DNA of 64,000 nt, taken from IMG/VR virus record IMGVR_UViG_3300042294_004161, positions 35,131 through 99,130 of that record; one strand, written 5' to 3'. Below are positions 28,147 to 38,441 of this stretch, piece by piece. The stretch's first letter is position 1. Every line of letters begins with the position of its first letter. Position numbers and translations under genes: made by a program. The notes under the pieces were generated by a model. It was not told where the DNA came from. It saw nothing but the letters and a program-made list of their open reading frames with translations, and made no database searches. This DNA comes from a virus.

Positions 28147-29098
28147 AAACATATTATCACCTCGAAATTATTATAAGCCGTTTGAATATGAACAGGCTTT
28201 TAAATTCTTTAAAGACCAACATCGCAGTCACTGGCTAGCAGATGAAGTGCCTCTATCCTCAGATGTTAATGATTGGAAACTTAAATTAACAGAAACTGAA
28301 AAAAGTTTATTAGGAAATATCTTAAAAAGCTTTACTCAAACAGAAGTTCATGTTAATGATTACTGGTCCACTAAAGTATCAGCTTGGTTTCCAAAACCTG
28401 AAGTACAAGCTATGGCTCGTGTATTTGCTGATTTTGAAAGTATTCATGCTGAAGCATATGCAAGACTAAATGAAGAACTAGGTTTAGATGATTTTAAAGC
28501 ATTTCTTGAAGATGAAGAAGCAAAAGCTAAAATTGATAGATTAGTAGAACTACCAGGTGATACATTAGAAGAAAAAGCACTGTCATTAGCTATATTTTCA
28601 GCGTTCACAGAAGGAGTAAATTTATTTAGTTCATTTGCAGTATTAATGTCTTTTCAATTAAGAAACTTAATGAAAGGTACTGGACAAATTGTAGCATGGA
28701 GTGTACGAGATGAATCTTTACACTCTCAAGCAGGATGTTGGTTATACAGAACATTAATTGAGGAAAATCCAGAATTAAAAAATGATACAATGTTAAATAA
28801 TCTCCAAAAAGCATGCGATTTATCTGTAAAATTAGAATTTGATTTTATTGACAAGGCTTTTGAAATGGGAAACATTGAGGGTTTAACTAAAGATCAATTA
28901 AAAAACTTTATTAAAGCTAGAGCAAATGATAAAATGGTTGAATTAGGATATAATGGAATATACAATGATGTTGATCCTAATTTAATTCAACAGATGGAAT
29001 GGTTTGGTCATTTAACAAGTGGTGTAGAACATCAAGATTTCTTTAGCTTTAGACCAAGTAGTTATTCAAAATCAACAGCAGATTGGTCAGATCTGTAA
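28136..29098 (+). CDS. nrdB: Class I ribonucleotide reductase beta subunit
   Basis: YKPFEY, W...EV, ESIHAEAY, EGV.LFSSF, RDESLH, DFF. Confidence 0.93.
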   Translation: METKNILSPRNYYKPFEYEQAFKFFKDQHRSHWLADEVPLSSDVNDWKLKLTETEKSLLGNILKSFTQTEVHVNDYWSTKVSAWFPKPEVQAMARVFADFESIHAEAYARLNEELGLDDFKAFLEDEEAKAKIDRLVELPGDTLEEKALSLAIFSAFTEGVNLFSSFAVLMSFQLRNLMKGTGQIVAWSVRDESLHSQAGCWLYRTLIEENPELKNDTMLNNLQKACDLSVKLEFDFIDKAFEMGNIEGLTKDQLKNFIKARANDKMVELGYNGIYNDVDPNLIQQMEWFGHLTSGVEHQDFFSFRPSSYSKSTADWSDL

Positions 29099-29126
29099 TA
29101 AACAAAATAATTAACAATTTATATTT

Positions 29127-30845
29127 ATGAAAATAGACACAACAAATTGGGTCAAAAATCGTGATTACTATGAGTGGAATGATGAAATTTCTTTATCAAT
29201 CCTATCTAATGGTTATCTTTTACCCCATGAAAACGTAAAATCAGCATTTAAACGAGTTTCAAAAGCTTCAGCTCGTCGTTTAAGAAAAAGAGAGCTACAA
29301 CCATATTTCTTAGAGGCTATGGAAAAAAATTGGTTATGCTTAGCATCACCAGTTCTATCAAACCTAGGAACAGAAAGAGGTTTACCAATTTCATGTTTTA
29401 CAATACACGTAGGTGATTCTATTGAAGGTATTGCTGATTCTAATTCTGAGTTAATGAGATTATCTTCTCAAGGTGGTGGAGTTGGAATGTATGTAGGTGA
29501 AATTAGAGGTAGAGGTGAACCAATTAAAGATAATGGTGTATCTGAAGGTGTTGTACCTTGGTTAAAAATTTATGACTCTACTACATTAGCTACAAATCAA
29601 GGTTCAGTAAGAAGAGGAGCCACAGCATTTTATTTAGATGTAGACCATAAAGATATTGAAGAATTTCTTCAAATTAGAAGGCCTAATGGTGATGTAAATA
29701 GACAGTGTTTAAATTCTCATCATGCTGTTGTTATAACAGATAAGTTTATGGAAGCTGTTGAAAATAAAGATCCTAAATCACTTAAAATATGGGGTGAAAT
29801 CTTAAAAACTAGACTAGAAACAGGTGAACCTTATATTATGTTTAAAGATAATGTAAATAAAGCTAATCCTGAAGGATATAAAAAATTAGGTCTAGAGGTA
29901 TCATCATCTAATATTTGCTCAGAAATTACTCTTTATACTGATCCACTCCATTCATTTGTATGTTGTTTATCATCATTAAATTATGCAAGATGGGATGAAT
30001 GGAAAGACTATAAATTTGAAAATGGAATGACATTACCTGAATTAACATGTTGGTTCTTAGAAGGTGTTATACAAGAATTTATTGATAGAGCTAAAAATAT
30101 GAAATTCATGGATAATACTGTTAGATCTGCTATTAAAGGTAGAGCAATTGGTATTGGAGCATTAGGGTGGCATACTTTATTACAACAAAAAGAATTACCA
30201 TTTAATAGTATAGCATCAACTGCTTTAAGAAAACAAATCTCCAAATTTATATATGATGAGACTATTAAAGCATCAAAAAATCAAGCCATAGAATATGGTG
30301 AACCAGAATGGTGTAGAGGAACAGGTTTAAGACATACTCACCATATTGCGATTGCTCCTACAGTATCAAACGCTCATATTTCAGGAGGAGTATCACCTTC
30401 AGTAGAACCTATTCCAGCGAATGTTTATAACTTAAAAACAGCTAAAGGTACCTTCATTAAAAAGAATAAACAACTTGAAGAGATTTTAGAGAAAAAAGGA
30501 TATAATACTCCATTTATTTGGGATCAAATTTTGAAAGATAAAGGTTCAATTTTAGGATTACCTGATTATATTTTAAATGATGAAGAAAAAGAAGTATTCT
30601 TAACATTTAAAGAAATTAATCAACTAGGTATTGTTCAACAAACAGCAGCAGTATATAAATGGATAGACCAAGCTGTTTCATTGAATTTAAATTTTGATCC
30701 GAATGATTCACCAAAATGGGTATCTCAAGTTCATAAAGAAGCATGGAAACTAGGTATTAAAACTTTGTATTATACTAGAACTGAGTCTGTACTAAGAGGA
30801 GATAATTTGCAAAGATTAGCCTCTTGTGTGAGTTGTGAAGGATAA
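29127..30845 (+). CDS. nrdA: Class I ribonucleotide reductase alpha subunit
   Basis: GLPISCF, GGGVG, RRGA, SNICSEI, CCLSSLN, APTVSN, C-terminal CVSCEG. Confidence 0.95.
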   Translation: MKIDTTNWVKNRDYYEWNDEISLSILSNGYLLPHENVKSAFKRVSKASARRLRKRELQPYFLEAMEKNWLCLASPVLSNLGTERGLPISCFTIHVGDSIEGIADSNSELMRLSSQGGGVGMYVGEIRGRGEPIKDNGVSEGVVPWLKIYDSTTLATNQGSVRRGATAFYLDVDHKDIEEFLQIRRPNGDVNRQCLNSHHAVVITDKFMEAVENKDPKSLKIWGEILKTRLETGEPYIMFKDNVNKANPEGYKKLGLEVSSSNICSEITLYTDPLHSFVCCLSSLNYARWDEWKDYKFENGMTLPELTCWFLEGVIQEFIDRAKNMKFMDNTVRSAIKGRAIGIGALGWHTLLQQKELPFNSIASTALRKQISKFIYDETIKASKNQAIEYGEPEWCRGTGLRHTHHIAIAPTVSNAHISGGVSPSVEPIPANVYNLKTAKGTFIKKNKQLEEILEKKGYNTPFIWDQILKDKGSILGLPDYILNDEEKEVFLTFKEINQLGIVQQTAAVYKWIDQAVSLNLNFDPNDSPKWVSQVHKEAWKLGIKTLYYTRTESVLRGDNLQRLASCVSCEG

Positions 30846-30866
30846 ACAATTTTAATATTTTTTAAT

Positions 30867-30893
30867 AAGAAAGGTGCGAGAGCACCTTTTTTT
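30867..30893. terminator. Probably bidirectional intrinsic terminator between convergent genes
   Basis: AAAGGTGC-GAGA-GCACCTTT plus T-run; A-rich 5' side. Confidence 0.8.
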
Positions 30894-31356
30894 ATTGTTT
30901 TGTATATAATTCTAAATAATATAATGCTATTTTTATACAATGTTCTAATAAATTTTTATTTGGATTTGGTAAACGACTTAGAAAATCTAATTCATAAATA
31001 TATGCATCATATTCTTCTAAATACTCATTCTTATCTTTGTCATTTATTTTCATTAAATGGTAAGATTCATGTATAATTACTGCTGCAATATTTTGAATTG
31101 ATGTGTCTCTTATCTCAATACTTGAAATTATAATAGTACCGATTCCTTCAGTCGTTGAATATCTACCATTCCAATAAGAAATTCTATTACATACTTGAGT
31201 TAATTTTAGATATTTATCATGATCGTATGTTTTAATAAGTTGAATCGCAGTTTCTATTTTAGGTTTCCAATTATCCCCAGCATCATCAATTACAATTTGT
31301 GAAAACAAATTTGTATAAATTAATAAAAAAAATGATAAAATAAAAAATATTTTCAT
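30892..31356 (-). CDS. Secreted HExxH zinc-metallopeptidase-like protein
   Basis: Signal peptide MKIFFILSFFLLIYTNLFS; IIHESYH followed by E..AY..E; the only convincing minus-strand gene. Confidence 0.7.
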   Translation of the reverse strand: MKIFFILSFFLLIYTNLFSQIVIDDAGDNWKPKIETAIQLIKTYDHDKYLKLTQVCNRISYWNGRYSTTEGIGTIIISSIEIRDTSIQNIAAVIIHESYHLMKINDKDKNEYLEEYDAYIYELDFLSRLPNPNKNLLEHCIKIALYYLELYTKQ

Positions 31357-31376
31357 ATGTATTTGTGTATAAATAT
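31355..31376. promoter_or_regulatory. Divergent pair of late-type motifs
   Basis: ATATGTAT on + at 31355-62; ATATTTATA on - at 31368-76. Confidence 0.45.
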
Positions 31377-31389
31377 TTGAAATAAAATT

Positions 31390-33282
31390 ATGAAAAAAAT
31401 ATTATTAACCATTTTTAGCATTTTATTCTTTACATTAACAAATGCTCAAGTATGTCCTACACCACCAACTAATGGTGTTCATATTACATTGGACTCTGCA
31501 TATTTATTAGGTGCATTTAATGTAGGAAAAACATCTGTTGGGTTATGTTATTATAACAATACAACAGATAAAATAACAGCATCCCAATTTCGTGTTTTTT
31601 ATGATAATAATGCCTTTAATGGTATTGATACTATTATTTCAACTAATACTTCATTTTCACAGTATTTACAATATTTAGATAATCCTGCTGGTGGTTATGT
31701 AACTATAACATTTACATATACAGGAGTTGACCCTCAATTTAATATTCCAAATGGTTCTCAATTTGAAATAACATTTAATCACACTCAAGCATTATCTACT
31801 ACTTATTTTAATGTTAGTAATATGAGTTTTGTAGGAACTAATTCATTTCCTGAAACCGCAACTTTGCAAAATGGTAGTGATTATACTTTAAATTTAACAA
31901 ACTTTGGTGGTCAATTTATTACACCTAAAATGTCATTTCGTGGTAAATTTGTTAACGTAACAGGTTCAAGAGCAAAAAATCTGACAGTTAGTCTTGAAAA
32001 AAAATTAAAAACAACTTCTTCTTGGACATCAGTTACATCTGAATTAACTGATAACTTAGGTAGATTCTTTTTTACTGATGTAAATATTGATACAACAGCA
32101 TGGGATGTTCGTTTAAATATTAAGGGTGATACTATGGGTGTCGGATCAATAGTATCTATCTCAGATGCACAAAAAATAAATCAATTTATATTAGGAACCT
32201 CAATACCATCAGGATTTGATTTTTACACTTCTGATGTAAACGGAGACAACCGAGTAACTATATCAGATGTATATGGTGTTTATTCAAGAGTTGGTGGAAG
32301 ATTTACATCTTGGCCTAACTCAGTTCAAGATATATTATTCTTCACTGAAAGTGAATATAACACAATTAATAATTCAACTACTAACTATACAAGTACAATA
32401 CCTGGTGTCACAAATTTTACATTTAATATTGTAGCTGGACAACCTGATTCAATTACATTCTATGTAGCAGTACCAGGTGATGCTAATTCTACTGGATTTA
32501 ACATGGCTCGTTTAATCCCAATTGAAATTATAAACCCTAATAATGCACCTAATAATATAATAGATGCAACAACTATTTATGATGATTTTAAAGAAACCAT
32601 TGAAATAAATCTTCCAAAAGTAACTGTAAGTGAAGGTAATCTTATTAATGTACCTTTAATCTTAAAAACAAATAATATTAGATTAGGTTCATTGCAATTT
32701 GCATTAGACTATAACATAGATTTATTAGAGTTTAAATCAATACAAACAGAAAAAAATTCTTCAGTTTGGATGTCATATTTAAACACAAAAGACAATATAA
32801 TTGAATGGGGTGGTTTTGACCCAACCAATAATAGATTCTTAACTAACAACAATGAGTTATTTTTTACTTTACAATTTGTAAGTAAAAAACCACAAGAACA
32901 ATGGGGTGTTAGTCCTTTATATGTAACAAGAAAATTCGCAGGTAATAATGCTTCAACAGATTTAAATATTACCCCAACAGAAGGTATAGTGAGAATATTA
33001 AGAGTCTCAGGCAATGTTTTAGGTGGTAGGGATATTGTTGTTTATCCTAATCCAACAGAAAATTTTATACAAATAGAATTTGTATTATTAAATGAAGGTA
33101 AAACTACATTAGGTATATATGACATAAATGGAAAAAAATGTATGGAAGTTATTAATGGAGTATATCCTGTTGGTCAATATAATTATGAAATAAATTTAGG
33201 AAATTTACCATCAGGTACTTATCTAGCAATTCTTAATAATGTCACAGATAATAAAACAATAAAAATTCAAAAAATAAAATAA
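31390..33282 (+). CDS. Secreted cohesin/dockerin-like protein with a T9SS C-terminal sorting domain
   Basis: Signal peptide; dockerin-like DVNGDNRVTISD; cohesin-like VPLIL..LGSLQFALDYN.DLLEF; CTD VYPNP..IYDINGK..LPSGTY..KIQK. Confidence 0.8.
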   Translation: MKKILLTIFSILFFTLTNAQVCPTPPTNGVHITLDSAYLLGAFNVGKTSVGLCYYNNTTDKITASQFRVFYDNNAFNGIDTIISTNTSFSQYLQYLDNPAGGYVTITFTYTGVDPQFNIPNGSQFEITFNHTQALSTTYFNVSNMSFVGTNSFPETATLQNGSDYTLNLTNFGGQFITPKMSFRGKFVNVTGSRAKNLTVSLEKKLKTTSSWTSVTSELTDNLGRFFFTDVNIDTTAWDVRLNIKGDTMGVGSIVSISDAQKINQFILGTSIPSGFDFYTSDVNGDNRVTISDVYGVYSRVGGRFTSWPNSVQDILFFTESEYNTINNSTTNYTSTIPGVTNFTFNIVAGQPDSITFYVAVPGDANSTGFNMARLIPIEIINPNNAPNNIIDATTIYDDFKETIEINLPKVTVSEGNLINVPLILKTNNIRLGSLQFALDYNIDLLEFKSIQTEKNSSVWMSYLNTKDNIIEWGGFDPTNNRFLTNNNELFFTLQFVSKKPQEQWGVSPLYVTRKFAGNNASTDLNITPTEGIVRILRVSGNVLGGRDIVVYPNPTENFIQIEFVLLNEGKTTLGIYDINGKKCMEVINGVYPVGQYNYEINLGNLPSGTYLAILNNVTDNKTIKIQKIK

Positions 33283-33304
33283 GTTAAACTAAATTAAAAT
33301 TAAA

Positions 33305-33622
33305 ATGTCAGAAGAAAACGAAAACAATGGAACTTGGAGTGGTCTTAAAAAAACTATAATAGGTTTAATTACAACAGCTGTTACAGCAGGTGCAGCATAT
33401 TTTACCTCAAATTTATTTAGTGGTAAAGATGAAGATGAAAGTGTAAAAACAGAACAAATTGCTCCTGCCCCTGCACCTGTAATTAACTTAAATGTTGATA
33501 ACTCCTCACAGAACAATTCATCAAATGGTGGAAATACTCATACCATTATTAGAGAAGTAGAAAAACCTGCATCTCAAACATCCCCTTCGAAACCAAAAAA
33601 AGAAGAAGAGGACCCTTGGTAA
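33305..33622 (+). CDS. Single-pass membrane protein with a low-complexity tail
   Basis: IIGLITTAVTAGAAYF, then PAPAP and S/N-rich sequence. Confidence 0.65.
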   Translation: MSEENENNGTWSGLKKTIIGLITTAVTAGAAYFTSNLFSGKDEDESVKTEQIAPAPAPVINLNVDNSSQNNSSNGGNTHTIIREVEKPASQTSPSKPKKEEEDPW

Positions 33623-33658
33623 TTTTACAAAAAAATAAACAATTAAATAAATAAAAAA

Positions 33659-33940
33659 ATGAAAAAAAAGAACGAAACATCATTCATTAGACGAATGTTT
33701 ATGGATGATAATGACATTAATGAGAAATCAGTTGTTGGTTTTGGTGCATTTATTATGATGGTAATCTGCTTAGGTGTAGACATTTGGACAGGATTTCATG
33801 GACAACAAATGCCAATTAATGAATTTATTTTTGACGGATTTATGGTCATTACATTAGGTTCATTTGGTATTGCTTCTGTTGATAAATTTATCACTGCAAA
33901 ACATGGTGGTGAAAAGAAAGAAGAAGAAACATATGACTAA
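33659..33940 (+). CDS. Two-TM membrane protein (holin-like)
   Basis: Two hydrophobic segments, charged termini, 93 aa. Confidence 0.6.
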   Translation: MKKKNETSFIRRMFMDDNDINEKSVVGFGAFIMMVICLGVDIWTGFHGQQMPINEFIFDGFMVITLGSFGIASVDKFITAKHGGEKKEEETYD

Positions 33941-34649
33941 ATCATTTATTATGGGGATGGTAATGACTTTAATGTCATTACCATCTTTTTCTCAAGTTGG
34001 TAGTATTAAAACTGAATCATATAAAGCTAAATTTGAGCAAGAACAATCTATTGATTTGGTAAGTGATTATAATGGTGATATTGTAATACCTATACAAGTT
34101 TTAAAAATAGGTATTAATGAAGAACTCTACGAAATGTATCCTGAATTAAAAGATAAACGAGTTGGTTTGGGTGTAGCAAATATTGTGTTAGAATTTTTAG
34201 AATCTACAGACAGATTTGTTTTTACAGAAGATAAAGCTGAAATTAAAAACAAAATGATAGCACAGGATAAAGCATCTGATAAAGGAATTTCAAGTAACAA
34301 AATTGAAGTTAAAGGTAATGTAATGTTAGCCAAATTCTTTGTTTATATAGAAGTATATGATTTTTCAGTATCTGAAGATGAAGTTTTGAAATTAAATGAT
34401 GGTACTAAAATTACCCAAACAACAAGATTAGGCCTACAGGTAAGATTTGTAGATGCAGAAACAGGTTTAGTTTATACAGGTAGCGGATTAGGTGAGGCTA
34501 GTACAATTAAAACATCATCATTATTAGGTGACATTGATGAAATTAAATTTAATCAATCAACAATAGGTATTTCAACTAAAAAGGCACTAGAAACTGCATC
34601 ATCAAGAATTATTAGTAAATTAATTAAAAAAAATATTTTTAAAGAGTAA
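33933..34649 (+). CDS. Exported CsgG/HfaB-like protein
   Basis: Signal peptide from ATG 33933; L..TDRFVF.E, RLGLQVRFVDAETG, G..TKKALE.A pattern. Confidence 0.55.
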   Translation: MTKSFIMGMVMTLMSLPSFSQVGSIKTESYKAKFEQEQSIDLVSDYNGDIVIPIQVLKIGINEELYEMYPELKDKRVGLGVANIVLEFLESTDRFVFTEDKAEIKNKMIAQDKASDKGISSNKIEVKGNVMLAKFFVYIEVYDFSVSEDEVLKLNDGTKITQTTRLGLQVRFVDAETGLVYTGSGLGEASTIKTSSLLGDIDEIKFNQSTIGISTKKALETASSRIISKLIKKNIFKE

Positions 34650-34651
34650 TT

Positions 34652-35836
34652 GTGAAATTTTTTTTCACTATATTATTACTAATATTCTCATTTACAAATA
34701 TAATGGGGCAAGGATTTAGTTATACTTATCTAGATCCTTGTACTCGTACATATAAAACAATTGTTATGCCTCGTAATCAACAAGGTATAACTGTTAATTA
34801 TTATGGTTATACAAATAATTTTAATCAAACCGATTTTTCTAATGGTAATTTTGAATCATGGATAAATCAAATTAGTCAATTAAATTCTTCTTCCCCTTGT
34901 GACCAAATAACATCCGCGGTTCAAACAAGTACAAATCAAATCATAACTCAAAACATAGTATCCACTTTAACAAGTATTACCTCTGCAACTGCAACTCAAA
35001 GTTTGAATATGGGTAATTTTAGTAATTTAGGTCCTTCTTCAAATAATTCAGGTTCAGGTAGTTCATCAAATAGTTCAAATTCATCTAATTCAGATAATTC
35101 ATCAAATACTGAAGGTAATGAAGAAGGTGGTGGAGGTGGTGGTGGAACAGCAAATTCCGTTTCTAATGCATCTGAAAGTACTTCAGAATCAAAAGAAGAT
35201 AAAAATTCAAAACCTCGTGTAGGTTCTTTAATAGGTACAGGTGATATTGTTGTAGTTAGAAACACAGACGACAGTAGGGACCAATTTAGAGGTACTATGT
35301 CTTTAACTAAAACTAACACAAATAATACAAGAGCTAAGGGTCTTTTAGCTAATTTTACAACATCTATTAACAATTCAAATATCACATTTTACACAGCATA
35401 TTCAAAAAAAAAGAATACTCTAATAATAGCAAATTCATCTATGATGGATTTTCAACGAAATATATTTAACACTACAACAGTATTAGAATCATATAAAATA
35501 AAACGATTATCTTTAATGGGTGGAATTAATTACACTCTAGGAGGTATTGGTAAATCTAGTTTCCAAAATCTATCAGCAATGGGTGGTGGGTTTTATTTGT
35601 TTAATTTAAATAAAAAAATACAAGTTACCACATTACTTTTAGCCGTGTATTCACCATATACCGTTTTTTATGAAGGACAATGGTGGAAATCATCCACATT
35701 AATAGTACCTTTTAGTTCTTGGGATTATGCATTAACTAAAACTTTTAAATTCAATATTAGTTTTTCAGGTACTTATGAAATAAATCAAAACTTTTTAAAC
35801 TATCAAATACTTACAGGAGGTAAAATCTTATTATGA
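34652..35836 (+). CDS. Exported protein with Ser/Asn/Gly linker and probable outer-membrane beta-barrel C-terminus
   Basis: Signal peptide; SSSN/GGGG linker; alternating beta-strand pattern ending LNYQILTGGKILL. Confidence 0.55.
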   Translation: MKFFFTILLLIFSFTNIMGQGFSYTYLDPCTRTYKTIVMPRNQQGITVNYYGYTNNFNQTDFSNGNFESWINQISQLNSSSPCDQITSAVQTSTNQIITQNIVSTLTSITSATATQSLNMGNFSNLGPSSNNSGSGSSSNSSNSSNSDNSSNTEGNEEGGGGGGGTANSVSNASESTSESKEDKNSKPRVGSLIGTGDIVVVRNTDDSRDQFRGTMSLTKTNTNNTRAKGLLANFTTSINNSNITFYTAYSKKKNTLIIANSSMMDFQRNIFNTTTVLESYKIKRLSLMGGINYTLGGIGKSSFQNLSAMGGGFYLFNLNKKIQVTTLLLAVYSPYTVFYEGQWWKSSTLIVPFSSWDYALTKTFKFNISFSGTYEINQNFLNYQILTGGKILL

Positions 35837-36285
35837 AAAAAATAATCTTATCAATCAGTCTTTTATTATTTGGGATGACACTACAAGCCCAAGATTGTTA
35901 CACAGTAAAAAATGTAAAAAATTTAACAGAAAACATTGAATTATCATCAAATAAATATATATTCGGTATTAAACAAATGGGTGAAGAACTTATTAGTGAT
36001 AAATTAAATATTTGTGTTGATGGAATACCAATTAATATTGTTATTAACTCAATAGAAGCACCAAGTGTTGGTATTTCAATTGGTCCTTTTATGATAAAAA
36101 GAAAAACAACAATAGTTAATACATCCATAATAATTGGTGATAAAATTTATCAGGGAACAGGTGAAGGAAAAATTTCTGTTAAAGCAACATTTATTGAATT
36201 AAGAGATGAAAACTTACCTTTTGAACAATCTTCATTTTCATCATCAATAAAAAAATCATTAATTAACGCAATTGAAAAAATCTGA
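35833..36285 (+). CDS. Exported hypothetical protein
   Basis: Signal peptide MKKIILSISLLLFGMTLQA; two Cys; C-terminal helix like the CsgG-like neighbour. Confidence 0.65.
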   Translation: MKKIILSISLLLFGMTLQAQDCYTVKNVKNLTENIELSSNKYIFGIKQMGEELISDKLNICVDGIPINIVINSIEAPSVGISIGPFMIKRKTTIVNTSIIIGDKIYQGTGEGKISVKATFIELRDENLPFEQSSFSSSIKKSLINAIEKI

Positions 36286-37355
36286 TGAAAAATATAATTT
36301 TAATATTCTTTTTTTTATTGAGTATTAAATCATATTCTCAATCACCTTTATGTGCAAGTAGACCAACCTCTTTTTGTTGTGAGTATGTTTCAAGCATAAC
36401 AATAAACGGAAAAACTTTTCAAGGTAGTACAGGATTCTCAGCTTCATCAGGTGGTAATCCAGCTGGTTATTATGATTATACTCAACAATCAAATTTAGTT
36501 CCAACTATTAATGCTGGTCAGCAAATATCAATTTCATATACTGCTGTTACTAATGGTAATTACATGGAATATTTTAAACTATGGATTGATTTTAATGGAA
36601 ATGGTGTATTAACTGACCCAGGTGAATTAGTTCATAGTACAAATGTATCTTGGGTTGGTACTAGAACTATTAATGCTACATTTACAGTTCCTACAACTGT
36701 ATTTAATGGTCAAGTTTATATGCGTTTTATTATGCAATTTTCAGGGAATCCTGTTATATGTGGAACATATTCATATGGTAATACTTTTGATTTTGTAACT
36801 AATATAACAGGAGCTCAAGATCCATTTAGTTATACAGGAGCTATATATGGTTCTGAAGGAATTGGTTTATCAAACATACCTTTACAATTGTTTAGCAAAT
36901 TAAAAACAGATAATACCTATACATTTTTAAGTACTCATACAACTAATTTAAACGGGGAATTTAATCTTACATCTTCAAGAGATGCTAATACATATGATTT
37001 TCAATTACGATTAGAAAATTTAATAATACAATCACCAACAATAAATGATGCAATATTATTTAATAATAAAATTTTAACTCAATCTTTTGTATCAAAAGAC
37101 TACTATAGATTAGATATAAATGGTGATAATAATTTATCTATATCAGATATTTATCTAATTTATACAAGAATATCAAATCGTAATTGGAATATTACTTTAT
37201 ATAGAATTTTTACATTATCTGAATGGAATGTGATTAATACTTTGAATACTAATCCTAAAAGTTTATATAATGGTAGTCAAAATTTAACAATAAATAATTT
37301 ACCAAATAAAGGAACTAACCAACTTTATTTAATTCGTACAGGATATTACAATTAG
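36285..37355 (+). CDS. Exported GEVED-like domain plus dockerin-like protein
   Basis: Signal peptide; LWIDFNGNG..DPGE, MRF, C....YGNTFDF; DINGDNNLSISDI. Confidence 0.7.
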   Translation: MKNIILIFFFLLSIKSYSQSPLCASRPTSFCCEYVSSITINGKTFQGSTGFSASSGGNPAGYYDYTQQSNLVPTINAGQQISISYTAVTNGNYMEYFKLWIDFNGNGVLTDPGELVHSTNVSWVGTRTINATFTVPTTVFNGQVYMRFIMQFSGNPVICGTYSYGNTFDFVTNITGAQDPFSYTGAIYGSEGIGLSNIPLQLFSKLKTDNTYTFLSTHTTNLNGEFNLTSSRDANTYDFQLRLENLIIQSPTINDAILFNNKILTQSFVSKDYYRLDINGDNNLSISDIYLIYTRISNRNWNITLYRIFTLSEWNVINTLNTNPKSLYNGSQNLTINNLPNKGTNQLYLIRTGYYN

Positions 37356-37379
37356 TTCATATTATTTTGTAATCTAATA

Positions 37380-37388
37380 ATATGTATA
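37380..37388 (+). promoter_or_regulatory. Putative late promoter ATATGTATA
   Basis: Upstream of the endolysin. Confidence 0.55.
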
Positions 37389-37401
37389 AAAAATAAAACA
37401 T

Positions 37402-38001
37402 ATGAACTTAGATAAACTAAAATCCCACATTCCAGATGCAGTTATATCTCAGATGCCTGAGGTAATAGAAAAATTTCAAATCAATACACCATTAAGAATG
37501 GCCCACTTTTTAGCTCAATGTGGTCATGAAAGTGGTGGATTTAAATTAGTAAGAGAAAATCTTAACTATTCATCTAAAGGTCTTTTAACTACATTTAAAA
37601 AATATTTCCCAACAGAACAAAAAGCTAAATTATATGAACGCAATCCTGAAAAAATTGCTAATTTAGTTTATGGAAGTAGAATGGGAAATGGAGATGAAAC
37701 CTCAGGTGATGGATTTAGATTTTCAGGAAGAGGATATATCCAGTTAACTGGTAAAAATAATTATACAGCATTTGATAAAATAGTTGAAGAAAATCTTCTT
37801 GAACAACCAGGTTTAGTTGCTACTAAATATCCATTATTATCAGCTGCTTGGTTTTGGTCAACAAATAAATTAAATTTATTAGCTGATAAAGGAGCCACAG
37901 ATGCTGATGTTACAGCAATTACTAGAAGAGTGAATGGTGGTACAATAGGATTGCCTGATCGTATTAAACACTTTAAAGAATATTTCAATTTATTAAAATG
38001 A
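37402..38001 (+). CDS. GH19 (chitinase-like) endolysin
   Basis: AHFLAQCGHESGGF..ENLNYS, GRGYIQLTGKNNY, SAAWFW, TRRVNGG..G..DR. Confidence 0.92.
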   Translation: MNLDKLKSHIPDAVISQMPEVIEKFQINTPLRMAHFLAQCGHESGGFKLVRENLNYSSKGLLTTFKKYFPTEQKAKLYERNPEKIANLVYGSRMGNGDETSGDGFRFSGRGYIQLTGKNNYTAFDKIVEENLLEQPGLVATKYPLLSAAWFWSTNKLNLLADKGATDADVTAITRRVNGGTIGLPDRIKHFKEYFNLLK

Positions 38002-38432
38002 AATATACATCATTAACCAATCCTTTATTGTTAACAATAACATCAGTATCTGCTTTTTGTTCTTTTATACTTTCATATTTTTTTGAAATATATTTAAATA
38101 ATATAGATCAATATATGGCTGTAGTAGGAGTAATGTTTGTTGATGGTATTTTTGGAATTATAGCGGGGACTAAAAAAGAAGGTTTTAAAACTTTTAGGGC
38201 TATAAAAATATTAAAGGATACTTTTACTTGGTTAATAGTATTAACAACTATATTAATGGTTGAAAAAGGGTTTGATGGAACTGCTTGGCTTAGTGAAGTA
38301 ATTATCGTACCTTTTATGGTATTTCAAATAATAAGTGCTTTAAAAAATGCCTCTATGGCAGGATATATTAAAGCAGGTTTATTAAATGATATATTAGATA
38401 AAATAGATAAACATAAAGGTACAAGAGATTAA
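37998..38432 (+). CDS. Phage holin
   Basis: Several TM segments, VDGIFGIIAG; coupled to the endolysin. Confidence 0.7.
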   Translation: MKYTSLTNPLLLTITSVSAFCSFILSYFFEIYLNNIDQYMAVVGVMFVDGIFGIIAGTKKEGFKTFRAIKILKDTFTWLIVLTTILMVEKGFDGTAWLSEVIIVPFMVFQIISALKNASMAGYIKAGLLNDILDKIDKHKGTRD

Positions 38433-38441
38433 AAATTACCC

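Noticed and set aside
29121-29129. ATATTTAT before nrdA as a late promoter
   Set aside because: It overlaps the start codon and leaves no room for a leader; probably chance in AT-rich DNA.
35030-35150. Low-complexity TCA/GGT tract as a DNA repeat element
   Set aside because: Explained by the Ser/Asn/Gly linker of ORF 34652.
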